Assembly (NCBI GenBank): GCA_028279595.1
Contig: JANQNK010000019.1
Coordinates: 1-64,000 of the forward strand
Origin: Thermoplasmatota archaeon
GTDB taxonomy: Archaea; Thermoplasmatota; JAKEGO01
Reading direction: 5' to 3'
DNA length: 64,000 bases
Under the pieces are notes generated by a model. It saw nothing but the letters and a program-made list of their open reading frames with translations, did no database searches and was not told where the DNA came from. The position numbers and the translations under genes were made by a program. Below are positions 9,759 to 19,403 of this stretch, one piece after another; the first letter of the stretch is position 1; each line of letters begins with the position of its first letter.

Positions 9759-9923
9759 ATGAGTGAAATTTACATCGGATTCATTTGTCCCAAATGTGAA
9801 TTCGGACTCCAATTCCTTTACAAACACTACGAGGAAGCTCTCCGTAGAGATGTAGTCCTAGCATGCCCTAAGTGCCTATTTGAATTCGACGTAAAACAAC
9901 TCAAACAACTAAGAACCAAGTGA
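9759..9923 (+). CDS. Small zinc-ribbon protein, 54 aa
   Basis: Manual translation MSEIYIGFICPKCEFGLQFLYKHYEEALRRDVVLACPKCLFEFDVKQLKQLRTK (two CPKC motifs); GAGG upstream. Confidence 0.7.
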   Translation: MSEIYIGFICPKCEFGLQFLYKHYEEALRRDVVLACPKCLFEFDVKQLKQLRTK

Positions 9924-9930
9924 ACAATAT

Positions 9931-10218
9931 CTACATTGCTGTATTAAAATAATCATCTAGAAGTATTCGGAATATATCCATAGGATCCTCAAGAAAATCT
10001 TTTAACTGTTCTATATTCATATAATCTACTGAACGTATTCCAATATGATCTCCAATCTTGATCTGTACAGACACCTCACTGGTATCTTTATTATAGATGA
10101 CTCTACCGATGAAGACATCTCCATGATATTGGACTTCTGCACGGTATCCAAGTTCTGTATCGCTCTCGAGTTTGGATTTCGCATCGACGTCGACGAAGAA
10201 TCCTTCAGATTCTGACAT
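9931..10218 (-). CDS. Hypothetical acidic protein
   Basis: 95-aa ORF with globular composition, convergent with the zinc-ribbon gene. Confidence 0.55.
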   Translation of the reverse strand: MSESEGFFVDVDAKSKLESDTELGYRAEVQYHGDVFIGRVIYNKDTSEVSVQIKIGDHIGIRSVDYMNIEQLKDFLEDPMDIFRILLDDYFNTAM

Positions 10219-10467
10219 TCAATCAAGACCAGGAGGCGCTATTGATATATCTAATTCCTAACCATTTCTTTACGAAGTCGATTGGTTCGCTCAAAATCAC
10301 AATTATGCAAAATCCTTGATCTCGATCCTTTCCTTGCTTGATAGAAATTGAACGTGAGATCTCGAACCATTCAAGTGGCCTTCTCAAATTCATAACCAAA
10401 GTGACGCACATTGCTAGATATGCGACATTCTTAAGTAAATGTCAACATTAGTACTCCTGGGATCAAC

Positions 10468-10680
10468 ATGCCAAAGGATCAAACTAAGTTTAAAGACATG
10501 ACAGGAAAACAAGCCTGGTTATTTGGAACAAGACTATATCTCGTGGGTATCGGCTCTGCGATTCTAGTAGGCGGGATCGTGCTTGGATTCATCCATGGAT
10601 TTACGCCGATAACTATTGGGCTCAACGTCACAATAGGATTGATTTCAATCGGATTGGGTATTATTTCAAAGGTAGATTAA
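10468..10680 (+). CDS. Small 2-TM membrane protein
   Basis: Two hydrophobic helices; abuts the next ORF. Confidence 0.65.
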   Translation: MPKDQTKFKDMTGKQAWLFGTRLYLVGIGSAILVGGIVLGFIHGFTPITIGLNVTIGLISIGLGIISKVD

Positions 10681-10896
10681 ATGACAAATGAATTATCGAC
10701 GGAAAGATGCCCAGAATGTTCAAACCATCTCGAAGACGGATACTTTGTAAAATCAGGTTATGCATTAGGTTGGTCAACTACACCTAAAGGATGGAAAGCG
10801 GAAGAACTTCTTTTCCACTTTTCTGCGCGACCTAAGAATAATTTCGTTAAGGCAAAACGATGCTCTACTTGTAGAATTCTCATAGTTCAATATTGA
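10681..10896 (+). CDS. Zinc-ribbon protein (DUF6487/PF20097-like pattern)
   Basis: CPEC...LEDGY......W...A.RC..C.I. Confidence 0.7.
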   Translation: MTNELSTERCPECSNHLEDGYFVKSGYALGWSTTPKGWKAEELLFHFSARPKNNFVKAKRCSTCRILIVQY

Positions 10897-10929
10897 TCTA
10901 ATTGTGTAACAATCTCCATAAGATATATT

Positions 10930-11469
10930 ATGGCTATTATCATTCCAACGCATATGCAATTACTAAGCTGTGGGACCATTATCGTGTTATCAATCCTGAT
11001 CATCGGATGTGTTGATCCTACATCATACGATGAAACCGATCCTGGTTACATGTATCACGGAGCAAATTCTTCCGTTAATTTCACAAGTATTGGAGATACG
11101 AATTATCTTGAATACATTGACCAGTTTATCTCCGAGCTAAGTAAGAATATCACTGTAGAATTTGACTCAGACGTTAATATCGTTTGGATCCATGAATCTA
11201 ATCGGACAACATATATTCAAGGAGCTCTACACTATCATAACTATACGAATCATATTGAAAGTCGGATATTCGGCTACTATGTCGGTGGTGACCGATACAA
11301 ACCATACAATACAATGTCAAAATGTCAAGCGAATATTACGGAAGAATATTCTCAGGATCTATCGCTTCTTCGATACCATGTTCGTGTTATCCTGAACGGA
11401 ATTAAGGAAATCTATCATCATGATACGCAAATTGAGGATGAACAGTTTTGGAAAGTATTTACAGGATAA
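10930..11469 (+). CDS. Putative lipoprotein or secreted protein
   Basis: Hydrophobic N-terminus ending in lipobox-like IIGC. Confidence 0.6.
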   Translation: MAIIIPTHMQLLSCGTIIVLSILIIGCVDPTSYDETDPGYMYHGANSSVNFTSIGDTNYLEYIDQFISELSKNITVEFDSDVNIVWIHESNRTTYIQGALHYHNYTNHIESRIFGYYVGGDRYKPYNTMSKCQANITEEYSQDLSLLRYHVRVILNGIKEIYHHDTQIEDEQFWKVFTG

Positions 11470-11557
11470 TCTCAATCAATTACATTTTGCTTAACCCAAC
11501 AACGTCAATTAATCGTTATGATGAATTATCAAGAAGTTGTTATTAGTATTAACAACT

Positions 11558-11794
11558 TTATTTCGAATATAGTTTACAGGATATTATTTTCATCCGTTCC
11601 TCATTTTCAGTTTTAACAGCCATAGTTGCCATTATACCTGCTGTTGATGCGAGAAATGACATTAAAATTAACAATAATAATCCTAGTTTACCATCACAAT
11701 CGTAGACATATGCAGAAATCATTCCAAAAATAAAAGAAACAAGTAATAATCCGCTGGTCAATAACCACATATATTGTGATAAATACCCAACCAT
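11558..11794 (-). CDS. Small 2-TM membrane protein
   Basis: Two hydrophobic helices; GGGGTG RBS-like motif upstream. Confidence 0.6.
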   Translation of the reverse strand: MVGYLSQYMWLLTSGLLLVSFIFGMISAYVYDCDGKLGLLLLILMSFLASTAGIMATMAVKTENEERMKIISCKLYSK

Positions 11795-11861
11795 TAACTA
11801 ACACCCCAGTACTAGTCCTCACAAGCTAATATGAGAACTGTATATTTAATATTAACTAATA

Positions 11862-12071
11862 TTAACAATAATATTTCTTAGCAATAAACGGTGATACGAT
11901 CAATATTGCCCATCCAATCATTATTATAAATAAAAATAACGACCCACCAATCCATACTTCTAGTAATGCTCCAAGGATCATTACGACTAACCCGAGAATC
12001 AAAACAATTCCCGGAACTTGAAAAAGAATCGTAGTTATTGGTACTTTCTCCATCTTGTTTGCCTCTGCCAT
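11862..12071 (-). CDS. Small 2-TM membrane protein
   Basis: Two hydrophobic helices; GGTGGTG upstream. Confidence 0.6.
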   Translation of the reverse strand: MAEANKMEKVPITTILFQVPGIVLILGLVVMILGALLEVWIGGSLFLFIIMIGWAILIVSPFIAKKYYC

Positions 12072-12629
12072 TTCACACCACCGCCTTCTCCCAATTTATT
12101 ATTAGCTGAAAATTATATAAACCTGCCGGTGACATAACAACTTGCTGATCCTTCTGCTCTTTCTCTTCGCTTAAGGGATTAGCGGTCCTATACTGCCTAT
12201 CGATATTTAAGTTTGTAACGTTATAAATACTTATCGCCGATGATCGTTGATTATCATTCTCAATAAGACCATCTATCACACCTATCATATCTGAGCCCCC
12301 GCATTCGATAAATCCACATCACTAGATTATCTAGTTCTGCGAATCTCTAATCGAATCTTATCATCTATCAATTTACACCATATATAATTTATGTTCACAA
12401 GTATAAATTAATATCAATAATTCAACATTCCTTTAAACAACATCTCATTTTCACATATACATTCCCGTTTTAATAATTAATCGCCATTTTCTGAAATCAT
12501 TTTTTCCGTTATTTATTGTAAATTCAATTCTCGCCAAATAATTCTCAACCTCATTTCTCCAATATATTTGAGAGTTGGCCTGGGTTTTCTTAGATTTTCG
12601 ATTTACGATACATCTATTTCTCTCAACCT

Positions 12630-12940
12630 GCCGACCTTAAATTAGATTCATAGGGGGCCCCTGCGGGGCCCCAGGTCGGCCCCCTCCCCACGGAGGCCGA
12701 GAGGGGCACGGAGAATAGGGAGAAGAATGAGAAGAAGAATTGAAACCGCCCCTCTATTCGGCCTCCTAAAGGGTAGGGACTGAACTGCGTTTTAAAGGTT
12801 ACAGGAAACGGCATCAGAACAAAAATAGACGATAGTAAAGTGCGTCGTTTCACACGGTGAAACAACGCCACGTACTTGGATGCCTCTGATAGACCACTAA
12901 TATCCTCGAGAGCGACGGTAAAGATAGTATGTTACGCCGA
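12630..12940. other. Hairpin-rich non-coding island, candidate rolling-circle origin or packaging signal
   Basis: GCCGACCT/AGGTCGGC arms enclosing GGGGCCCC-TGC-GGGGCCCC; GGAGGCCGA/TCGGCCTCC; 12-bp hairpin at 12842-12868; lies directly downstream of rep. Confidence 0.5.
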
Positions 12941-13003
12941 GGATCACAATCCATGCGATGCATACAGGAGGATTTAATTCCATTATCAAAATCATTACAA
13001 CAC

Positions 13004-14254
13004 CTACGTATTTACTGCATCTGAGACTACTTTATCTCCAACAATGTTTCCAGATTTCTCGACTCTTACCTTTTTCAATTTCACTCCTTGTTTCTTCACT
13101 AACTCTGAATCAAGCTCATAGTAATACTGGCCACCAATTAATTTCGCTCTCATTAAATGTCTACTTCCATAGCTCCTATACTTATCTGGAACCTCATGTT
13201 TTTGTACGTATCCACGTCGACGCAAAGTATCCCAAAAACGAACCTCATCTTCATTCACGGCGCCAACCTTCAAGGCGATCTCAAGAAGATCATCGTTGAC
13301 ATCCGCACTACCATCGATGATGTCCTCGATTGGGAAACTCTCGTGGATAGGATTTACGAACTTGGTCCAAAGACTACCCTTGGTGTAAGCAGAATCGAAC
13401 ACCGTTCCAACCTGAGAACTGACCTTGCGTTTCTTGAAGTTGTCTCCTTCTATCATTATCTCGAAACGGATCCTGTCAAGTGCTTTAGCGTATATCTTAA
13501 CCTTGCCACGGTTGTTGAACATGGTACAGATGACGGAGTTAGATTGGAACCGTGGGTCTGAATGGACATTGACTGCGAAGCCTAACTTCGAGGCGAGGTC
13601 TACTCCTTGGTCATAGAAGAATTTGATTATCTCACGCATGACAGCTGTTGCGGTGTGGTCCTCGAAGATGTAGTCCTTGGCAACCTCTACGTGTTTGATG
13701 ACCATCTGTTCGTGGAGCCTTTGAACGTCCATGTATTCGGGGATCTCGAGGCCTACCTTCTCAAGACCGGTGACCATCATTCGATCAACGTCATACCATT
13801 TCGGTAAAGAGGCACGATTGTCATCCATTAACTTTTGTTCTGAAACGCCGGCCAAGTCAACATCAATGAAGTTGTCAGATTTCATCACAATCCGTTTGTA
13901 CCCGTCATAGTCAAGGTCCAGACCATAACCCGCTTTCTGATTGCGGATAGCATTACCCTGAATCCTTAGTTGACTGTTCTTCATCTGGTAGTATCCTTCA
14001 ACGCAAGGTTTTGCCTTCGATGTTGCTGCACCCCATCCATGACGTGCATAGTGCTTCCGGAGGACATCGGGTTGGTATCGGAATTTAGGTAATCCCGATC
14101 TTGACATTTGGTAGAATAGGTCAGAGTTCTTGGTCAAATATTCACGGAGGGCCTCAACGTACTCATCAAAGATGATATCGCCCTGGCGTACTGCTCGCGA
14201 GTAGCCAAGGACAATGACATTGTCTATCAAAGGAGGCGTTGAGGACCACTCCAT
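13004..14254 (-). CDS. Putative rolling-circle replication initiator, Rep_trans/gpII-like
   Basis: Motif order typical of Rep_trans: N-terminal IDNV, IKHVEVAKD (cf. RxDxAxD), VKIYAK (candidate catalytic Tyr), RIRFEI; GGAGG RBS. Confidence 0.65.
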   Translation of the reverse strand: MEWSSTPPLIDNVIVLGYSRAVRQGDIIFDEYVEALREYLTKNSDLFYQMSRSGLPKFRYQPDVLRKHYARHGWGAATSKAKPCVEGYYQMKNSQLRIQGNAIRNQKAGYGLDLDYDGYKRIVMKSDNFIDVDLAGVSEQKLMDDNRASLPKWYDVDRMMVTGLEKVGLEIPEYMDVQRLHEQMVIKHVEVAKDYIFEDHTATAVMREIIKFFYDQGVDLASKLGFAVNVHSDPRFQSNSVICTMFNNRGKVKIYAKALDRIRFEIMIEGDNFKKRKVSSQVGTVFDSAYTKGSLWTKFVNPIHESFPIEDIIDGSADVNDDLLEIALKVGAVNEDEVRFWDTLRRRGYVQKHEVPDKYRSYGSRHLMRAKLIGGQYYYELDSELVKKQGVKLKKVRVEKSGNIVGDKVVSDAVNT

Positions 14255-14274
14255 GTAGATGGTCCTCCGTCACA

Positions 14275-16773
14275 TTATCTTCGTTTTCTAGGTAGCAACA
14301 ACAACAGTATCAGAAGTCCTATGAACACATATAACAGGAAGTTACCTCCGAACATATTCTCCAAGGCAATGTCAACAGTTCCAGTTATCTCCTTAGAGAC
14401 GCCTTCGATGTTAGTCACTTGAACATCGACCTTCTCAGTACCAACGGTATATGGTATCTTGAGGGTCATCGTGATATTAACCGCTTTACCGCCGGCGACA
14501 AGGATCTCATTGTCAATGTCCTCAGTGGTAGTGTATTGGAGGTCAGTGTCAATCTCGACGAAGAACGTGTCCTGAGCGTTCCCGCGATTATAGATCATCA
14601 AGTTCATGACTTCAACATTACCTGGTGAAGCGTCGATGCGTTTTGGAATTAAATCGATGGCGAAACTGTATGCAGGAACGAAGTCATCGGAGGTCCAATT
14701 CTGGGCTTCTATCGAGACATTGTAATACGCATCTTCAGGGTCCTTCACCTGAACTGAGTAATTGCCCCAGTAATCAGTGGTCTGTTGATAGTTTCCGTCC
14801 TGGTCGAGAATAAACACTTCAACGAATGCTTGACGATTAGTTGTTCCAGTACCGATGAGAACTGCACCGTTGTCGTAGACGTACACAGTGGCGTTAGAAT
14901 CGCCATTATAACGCTCTCTGGTGTAGCCTTGAGCCGTGTTAGTGAAGAGGACGTAGTAGCTCGGAGTCAGTTGACCACCGTCTATGTTCTCTACGGGATC
15001 AAAAGCAAAGATTATCTCGTTGATAACAAACGAATCGAAGTTCGTGAGGATGATAGAGTTCTCTGATTCAGTGCCATCTGTTACAGGGGCCCGGAACTGT
15101 AATTTGTCATTGAAATCGTTATACGTCAATGCAACTTGACAAGAGTCTCCATCAGTGCCGGAACGACCGACAAAGGTCTGGTTCAGAGAACCATTCGGAG
15201 GCTCTTCCTGTGTAATGGGAGGAAAGTTCAGTTGGACAGGTATACGATCCCGTGAATACGCCCAATTCGATGTAGATGAATTGCTTGGAGGTACAGGGGC
15301 AGGACCTACCCAACATATCAACAAGAAAGTGCCGGAATAGGAACCTGGAGCTTGTGTTGATGGAATCGGTAGTTCGTCGACAGTGAACTTCTTGTTGTTA
15401 CCTGCTAGGATTGGGAATGGATCTAATGCACCGTGACCAAGACTGTCAAGATAATCGAAATTGACCTCCTCGTTCATGTATTCACAAAGTTTTGCATCTT
15501 CGAAACTGATTGGTGTACCAGGACCGAGCATCGGATTCATTGTTATTTCAATCGAATCAACGTCGTATGTTCCTTCATTCTTGATACGGACAGTATCTAC
15601 AGCATCATTATCCTGATCTGGAATCAGGGTTCCATAACCTAATTTCGTCTTCGCATTATTCGTTACTTTCTCTTTGTACTCCATTGTTAAAAGAAAGTCA
15701 GCACCGCTGGAATATTCTCCCTGGAAGATGTCAACGAGATTACTGTTCCCGTATGCATCATTCACTCCTTGCACTTCGACGTTACAATAGTAATCACCTT
15801 CTGGTTCAGTCGGATCAACATCCTTGATGACACCATCAAATAATAAAAATGCCAAAGGTGCTAGTGGTGTCACGGGAGTATAGGTACACGTAAACTTACC
15901 ATCTGACGCGGTATCATCTTCGATAGGAACAGGAGGTGCCGTAGGCACTATCTGAAAGTTCTGATCGACATAGATGATATCAGCATCCTTGACGAAGTTC
16001 GACACCTCGAAATTGATGTGGTCAATCACAACATTGCCAACGTTTGTTACCTTCAATTGATTGATAGTGGCAGAGGGGCCCTGGACAACTGCCGTTGGAA
16101 AGTTCCAATAGGTTGCCGCATCGGAGATCTCCACTGTTATCTGAACGTTCTCTGCAACATCACCGCCAGATTCACCCTGCGGAGGAGGATCATCACCTCG
16201 AGCTAGACCAACAAGGTTGAACATTTCGGGTTTGATATGCATCGATGCTAATGGCGTGTAGTATGCTGTGATTGTGAAGATGTTTGTCAAGTATCCACGC
16301 AATGAGGTTGAAACGTTCAGTAAGAACACACGGATACGAATCGAATCTCCCTTCTCAAGCGACAAACCACCGATCAGGATTGATTGTTCCGAGGCGTAAT
16401 AGCTCTTGTTGTTCAAGTTATGTGTGACCTTGAAACTGCCTTCTGTGAAGAAGGTCGCGAAATCTCCAGTCATGTCAGGGAATTCTACCAGAATAGTAGT
16501 GTATCGTCGTGATTCGTCGGTATTCTTCAGTTTGATTCGATTGTCAGACTTTACATTAACGATTTCTTCGGAACCGTTGTATGCATTACCCCAGTTCTGA
16601 GTAAATCGAAGCATGTCACTACCGTCAGAATACGTTAGAACAAGGCCTCCACCATCGGCCTTGACTAATCCAACTAGCTCGAGCAAGGGAGTGAATCCCA
16701 TAAGTACGATGACCCCAACAAGAGTCAACGCTACTATCTTCCTACTTGCGAATGTTCTTTTCATTAATCTCAC
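14275..16773 (-). CDS. Large type I membrane-anchored surface protein (candidate spike/adhesin); start probably ATG at 16764
   Basis: Signal peptide, several beta-rich Ig-like modules, C-terminal TM followed by PRKRR; GAGGTGA precedes ATG at 16764. Confidence 0.75.
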   Translation of the reverse strand: MRLMKRTFASRKIVALTLVGVIVLMGFTPLLELVGLVKADGGGLVLTYSDGSDMLRFTQNWGNAYNGSEEIVNVKSDNRIKLKNTDESRRYTTILVEFPDMTGDFATFFTEGSFKVTHNLNNKSYYASEQSILIGGLSLEKGDSIRIRVFLLNVSTSLRGYLTNIFTITAYYTPLASMHIKPEMFNLVGLARGDDPPPQGESGGDVAENVQITVEISDAATYWNFPTAVVQGPSATINQLKVTNVGNVVIDHINFEVSNFVKDADIIYVDQNFQIVPTAPPVPIEDDTASDGKFTCTYTPVTPLAPLAFLLFDGVIKDVDPTEPEGDYYCNVEVQGVNDAYGNSNLVDIFQGEYSSGADFLLTMEYKEKVTNNAKTKLGYGTLIPDQDNDAVDTVRIKNEGTYDVDSIEITMNPMLGPGTPISFEDAKLCEYMNEEVNFDYLDSLGHGALDPFPILAGNNKKFTVDELPIPSTQAPGSYSGTFLLICWVGPAPVPPSNSSTSNWAYSRDRIPVQLNFPPITQEEPPNGSLNQTFVGRSGTDGDSCQVALTYNDFNDKLQFRAPVTDGTESENSIILTNFDSFVINEIIFAFDPVENIDGGQLTPSYYVLFTNTAQGYTRERYNGDSNATVYVYDNGAVLIGTGTTNRQAFVEVFILDQDGNYQQTTDYWGNYSVQVKDPEDAYYNVSIEAQNWTSDDFVPAYSFAIDLIPKRIDASPGNVEVMNLMIYNRGNAQDTFFVEIDTDLQYTTTEDIDNEILVAGGKAVNITMTLKIPYTVGTEKVDVQVTNIEGVSKEITGTVDIALENMFGGNFLLYVFIGLLILLLLLPRKRR

Positions 16774-16775
16774 CT

Positions 16776-17693
16776 CTATCCGAGTAATCGATATTGATAC
16801 AGATCGACCTGGTCCTCATCGTCACCTTGTATTGGTGTATCCCAAGTCGGATACTTCGTTATCTCAGGTTTCGTGATCTTTGCCGTTGTACAAAGACGGA
16901 AATCCGGCAATCCGAACATTTGACTCAACCAACTCAAGTCGAGCCATGTCTTCGTGACTGCACGCATCTGTGTCCATTTCGCTTCTGCATTACCGTCATA
17001 ACCTTTCGCCTTTACATCAAGGTCAGAAGGATCCTCGAGTTCCTTCAATGGGATGAACAGCTCAACAGAATCATAGTAAACATCGTCTCCTTCATCGTAC
17101 ATATCTGGAACAGGGAAGCGAACGAAGAATATCATCGACCAAGACTGATGAGCGACAGTGTTGAAATCGCCAAGAGCACTCGCTTGTTCAACATGAATGT
17201 AAAATGGAAGAACAGTGTTCATACGGTCCCCAATATCTTCAAGGACGAACTCTCCACCATTCGTTATCGGTTTTGGTGTCTTTTCTGCTTCTGAAACGAA
17301 ATCGGTATTCAAGTCACCTATCACAGTTCCTGTGGTTTTCCGCTCTGCCTTGATGATCCTACCGTTAAGAATGTATTCTTCAGTCTTACCTACACGATTC
17401 CCGACCATTGCATCAAATTGATGACGGTAGATTACCGTAGGTTCAGGGGTATGATCATTGCCGATCTCTCCCCAGATCTTCCAATCTTGGACCTTAGCAG
17501 AACCTTCAGTTCTAATGTCCGATTCGACATGAACACTGAAAGGTATTCGGATTAACATACCGACTGCCCCTGCACTTTTCACCGGCCTACGGTCATCAAA
17601 AAGATTAGGGGGGCCATCTCCGCTGAGACAGCCCATCGATACGAATCCGTTGCTGACTACCAGCACAACTAAAGCCAATGCGGTTAGACGCAT
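16776..17693 (-). CDS. Putative lipoprotein (candidate virion envelope protein)
   Basis: Signal peptide ending MGCLS (archaeal GC lipobox); GGAGG RBS. Confidence 0.7.
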   Translation of the reverse strand: MRLTALALVVLVVSNGFVSMGCLSGDGPPNLFDDRRPVKSAGAVGMLIRIPFSVHVESDIRTEGSAKVQDWKIWGEIGNDHTPEPTVIYRHQFDAMVGNRVGKTEEYILNGRIIKAERKTTGTVIGDLNTDFVSEAEKTPKPITNGGEFVLEDIGDRMNTVLPFYIHVEQASALGDFNTVAHQSWSMIFFVRFPVPDMYDEGDDVYYDSVELFIPLKELEDPSDLDVKAKGYDGNAEAKWTQMRAVTKTWLDLSWLSQMFGLPDFRLCTTAKITKPEITKYPTWDTPIQGDDEDQVDLYQYRLLG

Positions 17694-17738
17694 TTTCCGG
17701 CCTCCATTCGTATCTTACGTGTTGTCAGATGGTAGGGC

Positions 17739-18587
17739 TCAGAAACGTCTACGTCCTGACCCTCCTACTCCACGAGCAAGTGGTTTCCCAACGTACGATG
17801 CCAGGAAGAACACCACCATCACGCTAGCAATGATGAGTACCACAAGTATCAGTACTGCAGGGAGTACAAGCATTCCAAGGAACAATGCGCCAATCACCAC
17901 GATTCCGAGTACACCACTGACAAGAGGACTCAATCCAAGCAGGAATATCAGAACAACTCCGATAATGAGTCCGAATATCAGAGTGTAAAGGAGAGATCCG
18001 CCGAGGTAATCTGCGTTCAGGTCGAAGAGATATGGGCTATCGCTATCACCATCTCCCTGAACATCAACTGAGGTGTTACCCTTGACGTAGATGGCCTCGT
18101 TCTTGATGCCATCGCCCTTGATCTCATAGAAGCGCTTGTTCTCGACAAGGATCTCACTAATACCAGAATCGTCAGTAATTCCACGGTAGGTACAGTTACT
18201 GCCCTCGGCAGATACAATGAAATCCTCGACAGGATATCCATTCTCGTCCTCTACGTACACCGATAAGGTAACGTAGTCGTTGAGTGTGTAGGATTGGTTC
18301 TCATCAGTATAGATGATAGTAGAATCACCCTTACGATAGTCGATGAGTTTCCAAAGACCCTTGTCTAATTCGAATGATGCTTCATTCGTGGTCAAGGTCT
18401 TCGTTTTGTTCGTACTTCCTACACCATCATCCCAGTCGTAATCACGAACTGTGATTGGTCTATCAGCACCTGAACTATAGATGCTGACTGTGTGAGCTTC
18501 TGCGGTCACACTCGCCACGATCGACATGCAAAGCAATAGGGCAACGAGCCCTAGTCCAACAGCGTTCATTCGCTTCATATCTTTCAC
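17739..18587 (-). CDS. Secreted-domain membrane protein with three C-terminal TM helices
   Basis: AEA signal peptidase site, beta-sandwich-like segment, hydrophobic C-terminus and basic tail. Confidence 0.75.
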   Translation of the reverse strand: MKDMKRMNAVGLGLVALLLCMSIVASVTAEAHTVSIYSSGADRPITVRDYDWDDGVGSTNKTKTLTTNEASFELDKGLWKLIDYRKGDSTIIYTDENQSYTLNDYVTLSVYVEDENGYPVEDFIVSAEGSNCTYRGITDDSGISEILVENKRFYEIKGDGIKNEAIYVKGNTSVDVQGDGDSDSPYLFDLNADYLGGSLLYTLIFGLIIGVVLIFLLGLSPLVSGVLGIVVIGALFLGMLVLPAVLILVVLIIASVMVVFFLASYVGKPLARGVGGSGRRRF

Positions 18588-18901
18588 GTCTCCATTTCAT
18601 CCAACGATATCGGTGCTGGAACCGTCCATACTACGGCAATGAATTCCTCAATCAACATCTGAAAAAAGAGACGAACATCATCTCCGGCGACGTCCACTCT
18701 TCTTGAAACGACGTTTCCGTCCCTTCCCTCGATAACGGCGCTTCTTCCGGTACGTTGTGGTCTTGGACTTCCATCTACCTGACTTCCCGGTGCCAGCTCG
18801 GAATCTGCCCCGAGGACCGTAGGGCTGACGGAACGAACCTCTGACTCGTGTACCCTTCCGCAGTCTCTTACTGCGAGTCTTTTTATACGCCAGGGTATCA
18901 C
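18584..18901 (-). CDS. Hypothetical protein (element operon)
   Basis: GTGA overlaps with both neighbours. Confidence 0.65.
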   Translation of the reverse strand: MIPWRIKRLAVRDCGRVHESEVRSVSPTVLGADSELAPGSQVDGSPRPQRTGRSAVIEGRDGNVVSRRVDVAGDDVRLFFQMLIEEFIAVVWTVPAPISLDEMET

Positions 18902-19074
18902 CCCTTTAGGTTAAATTTTGCCATTTTTGGCAACATTCTCAGTGTTTTCCGTTTCCGGCGCCGTTCCATTCCATTCCGTAACCGCTCCAATAACAACTGA
19001 CGCAATGAGTCGAAGAATAATCGATATAATATGAAAGAAATAACAAACATAATCGCCCAATATTCGAATTTCAT
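18898..19074 (-). CDS. 58-aa single-TM protein with highly basic C-terminus (not in ORF track)
   Basis: MKFEYWAIMFVISFILYRLFFDSLRQLLLERLRNGMERRRKRKTLRMLPKMAKFNLKG; 4-nt overlaps at both ends. Confidence 0.7.
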   Translation of the reverse strand: MKFEYWAIMFVISFILYRLFFDSLRQLLLERLRNGMERRRKRKTLRMLPKMAKFNLKG

Positions 19075-19403
19075 GCCATACCACCATATACGGAGGCGTA
19101 GGCGTCCATCTTCGCTACGAGATCATCAAGAGCATCAATTCGAGCGAATACATCTGACCTCGAGATTGTGCGAACATTCGTGACAGAACGATAGATCTCA
19201 CTGAGTAGAGTCCTACGATAAGGATTCAAATCTTCTACTACCATATCAACAAGGCAGAGTGATGAAGCAAGGGCGTGAGCCCGTTCTTTCATTGCAGTAA
19301 GTTCGGGATCCATCACGCGATAACGGGACATCTCAACACGGGTTGCACGATATTTTCGAAATATTCGACGACGGTGTACAGCCGGATCCTTCATTTGTTT
19401 CAT
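19071..19403 (-). CDS. Hypothetical helical protein
   Basis: ATGA overlap with the upstream ORF; GGAGG RBS. Confidence 0.7.
   Translation of the reverse strand: MKQMKDPAVHRRRIFRKYRATRVEMSRYRVMDPELTAMKERAHALASSLCLVDMVVEDLNPYRRTLLSEIYRSVTNVRTISRSDVFARIDALDDLVAKMDAYASVYGGMA

Noticed and set aside
12073-12288. 71-aa minus-strand ORF
   Set aside because: No motif or clear RBS; cannot be supported as a gene.
12925-12935. TAGTATGTTAC as a CRESS-type nonanucleotide origin
   Set aside because: It differs from TAGTATTAC by a 2-nt insertion, the stem is weak, and the Rep is not HUH-type.
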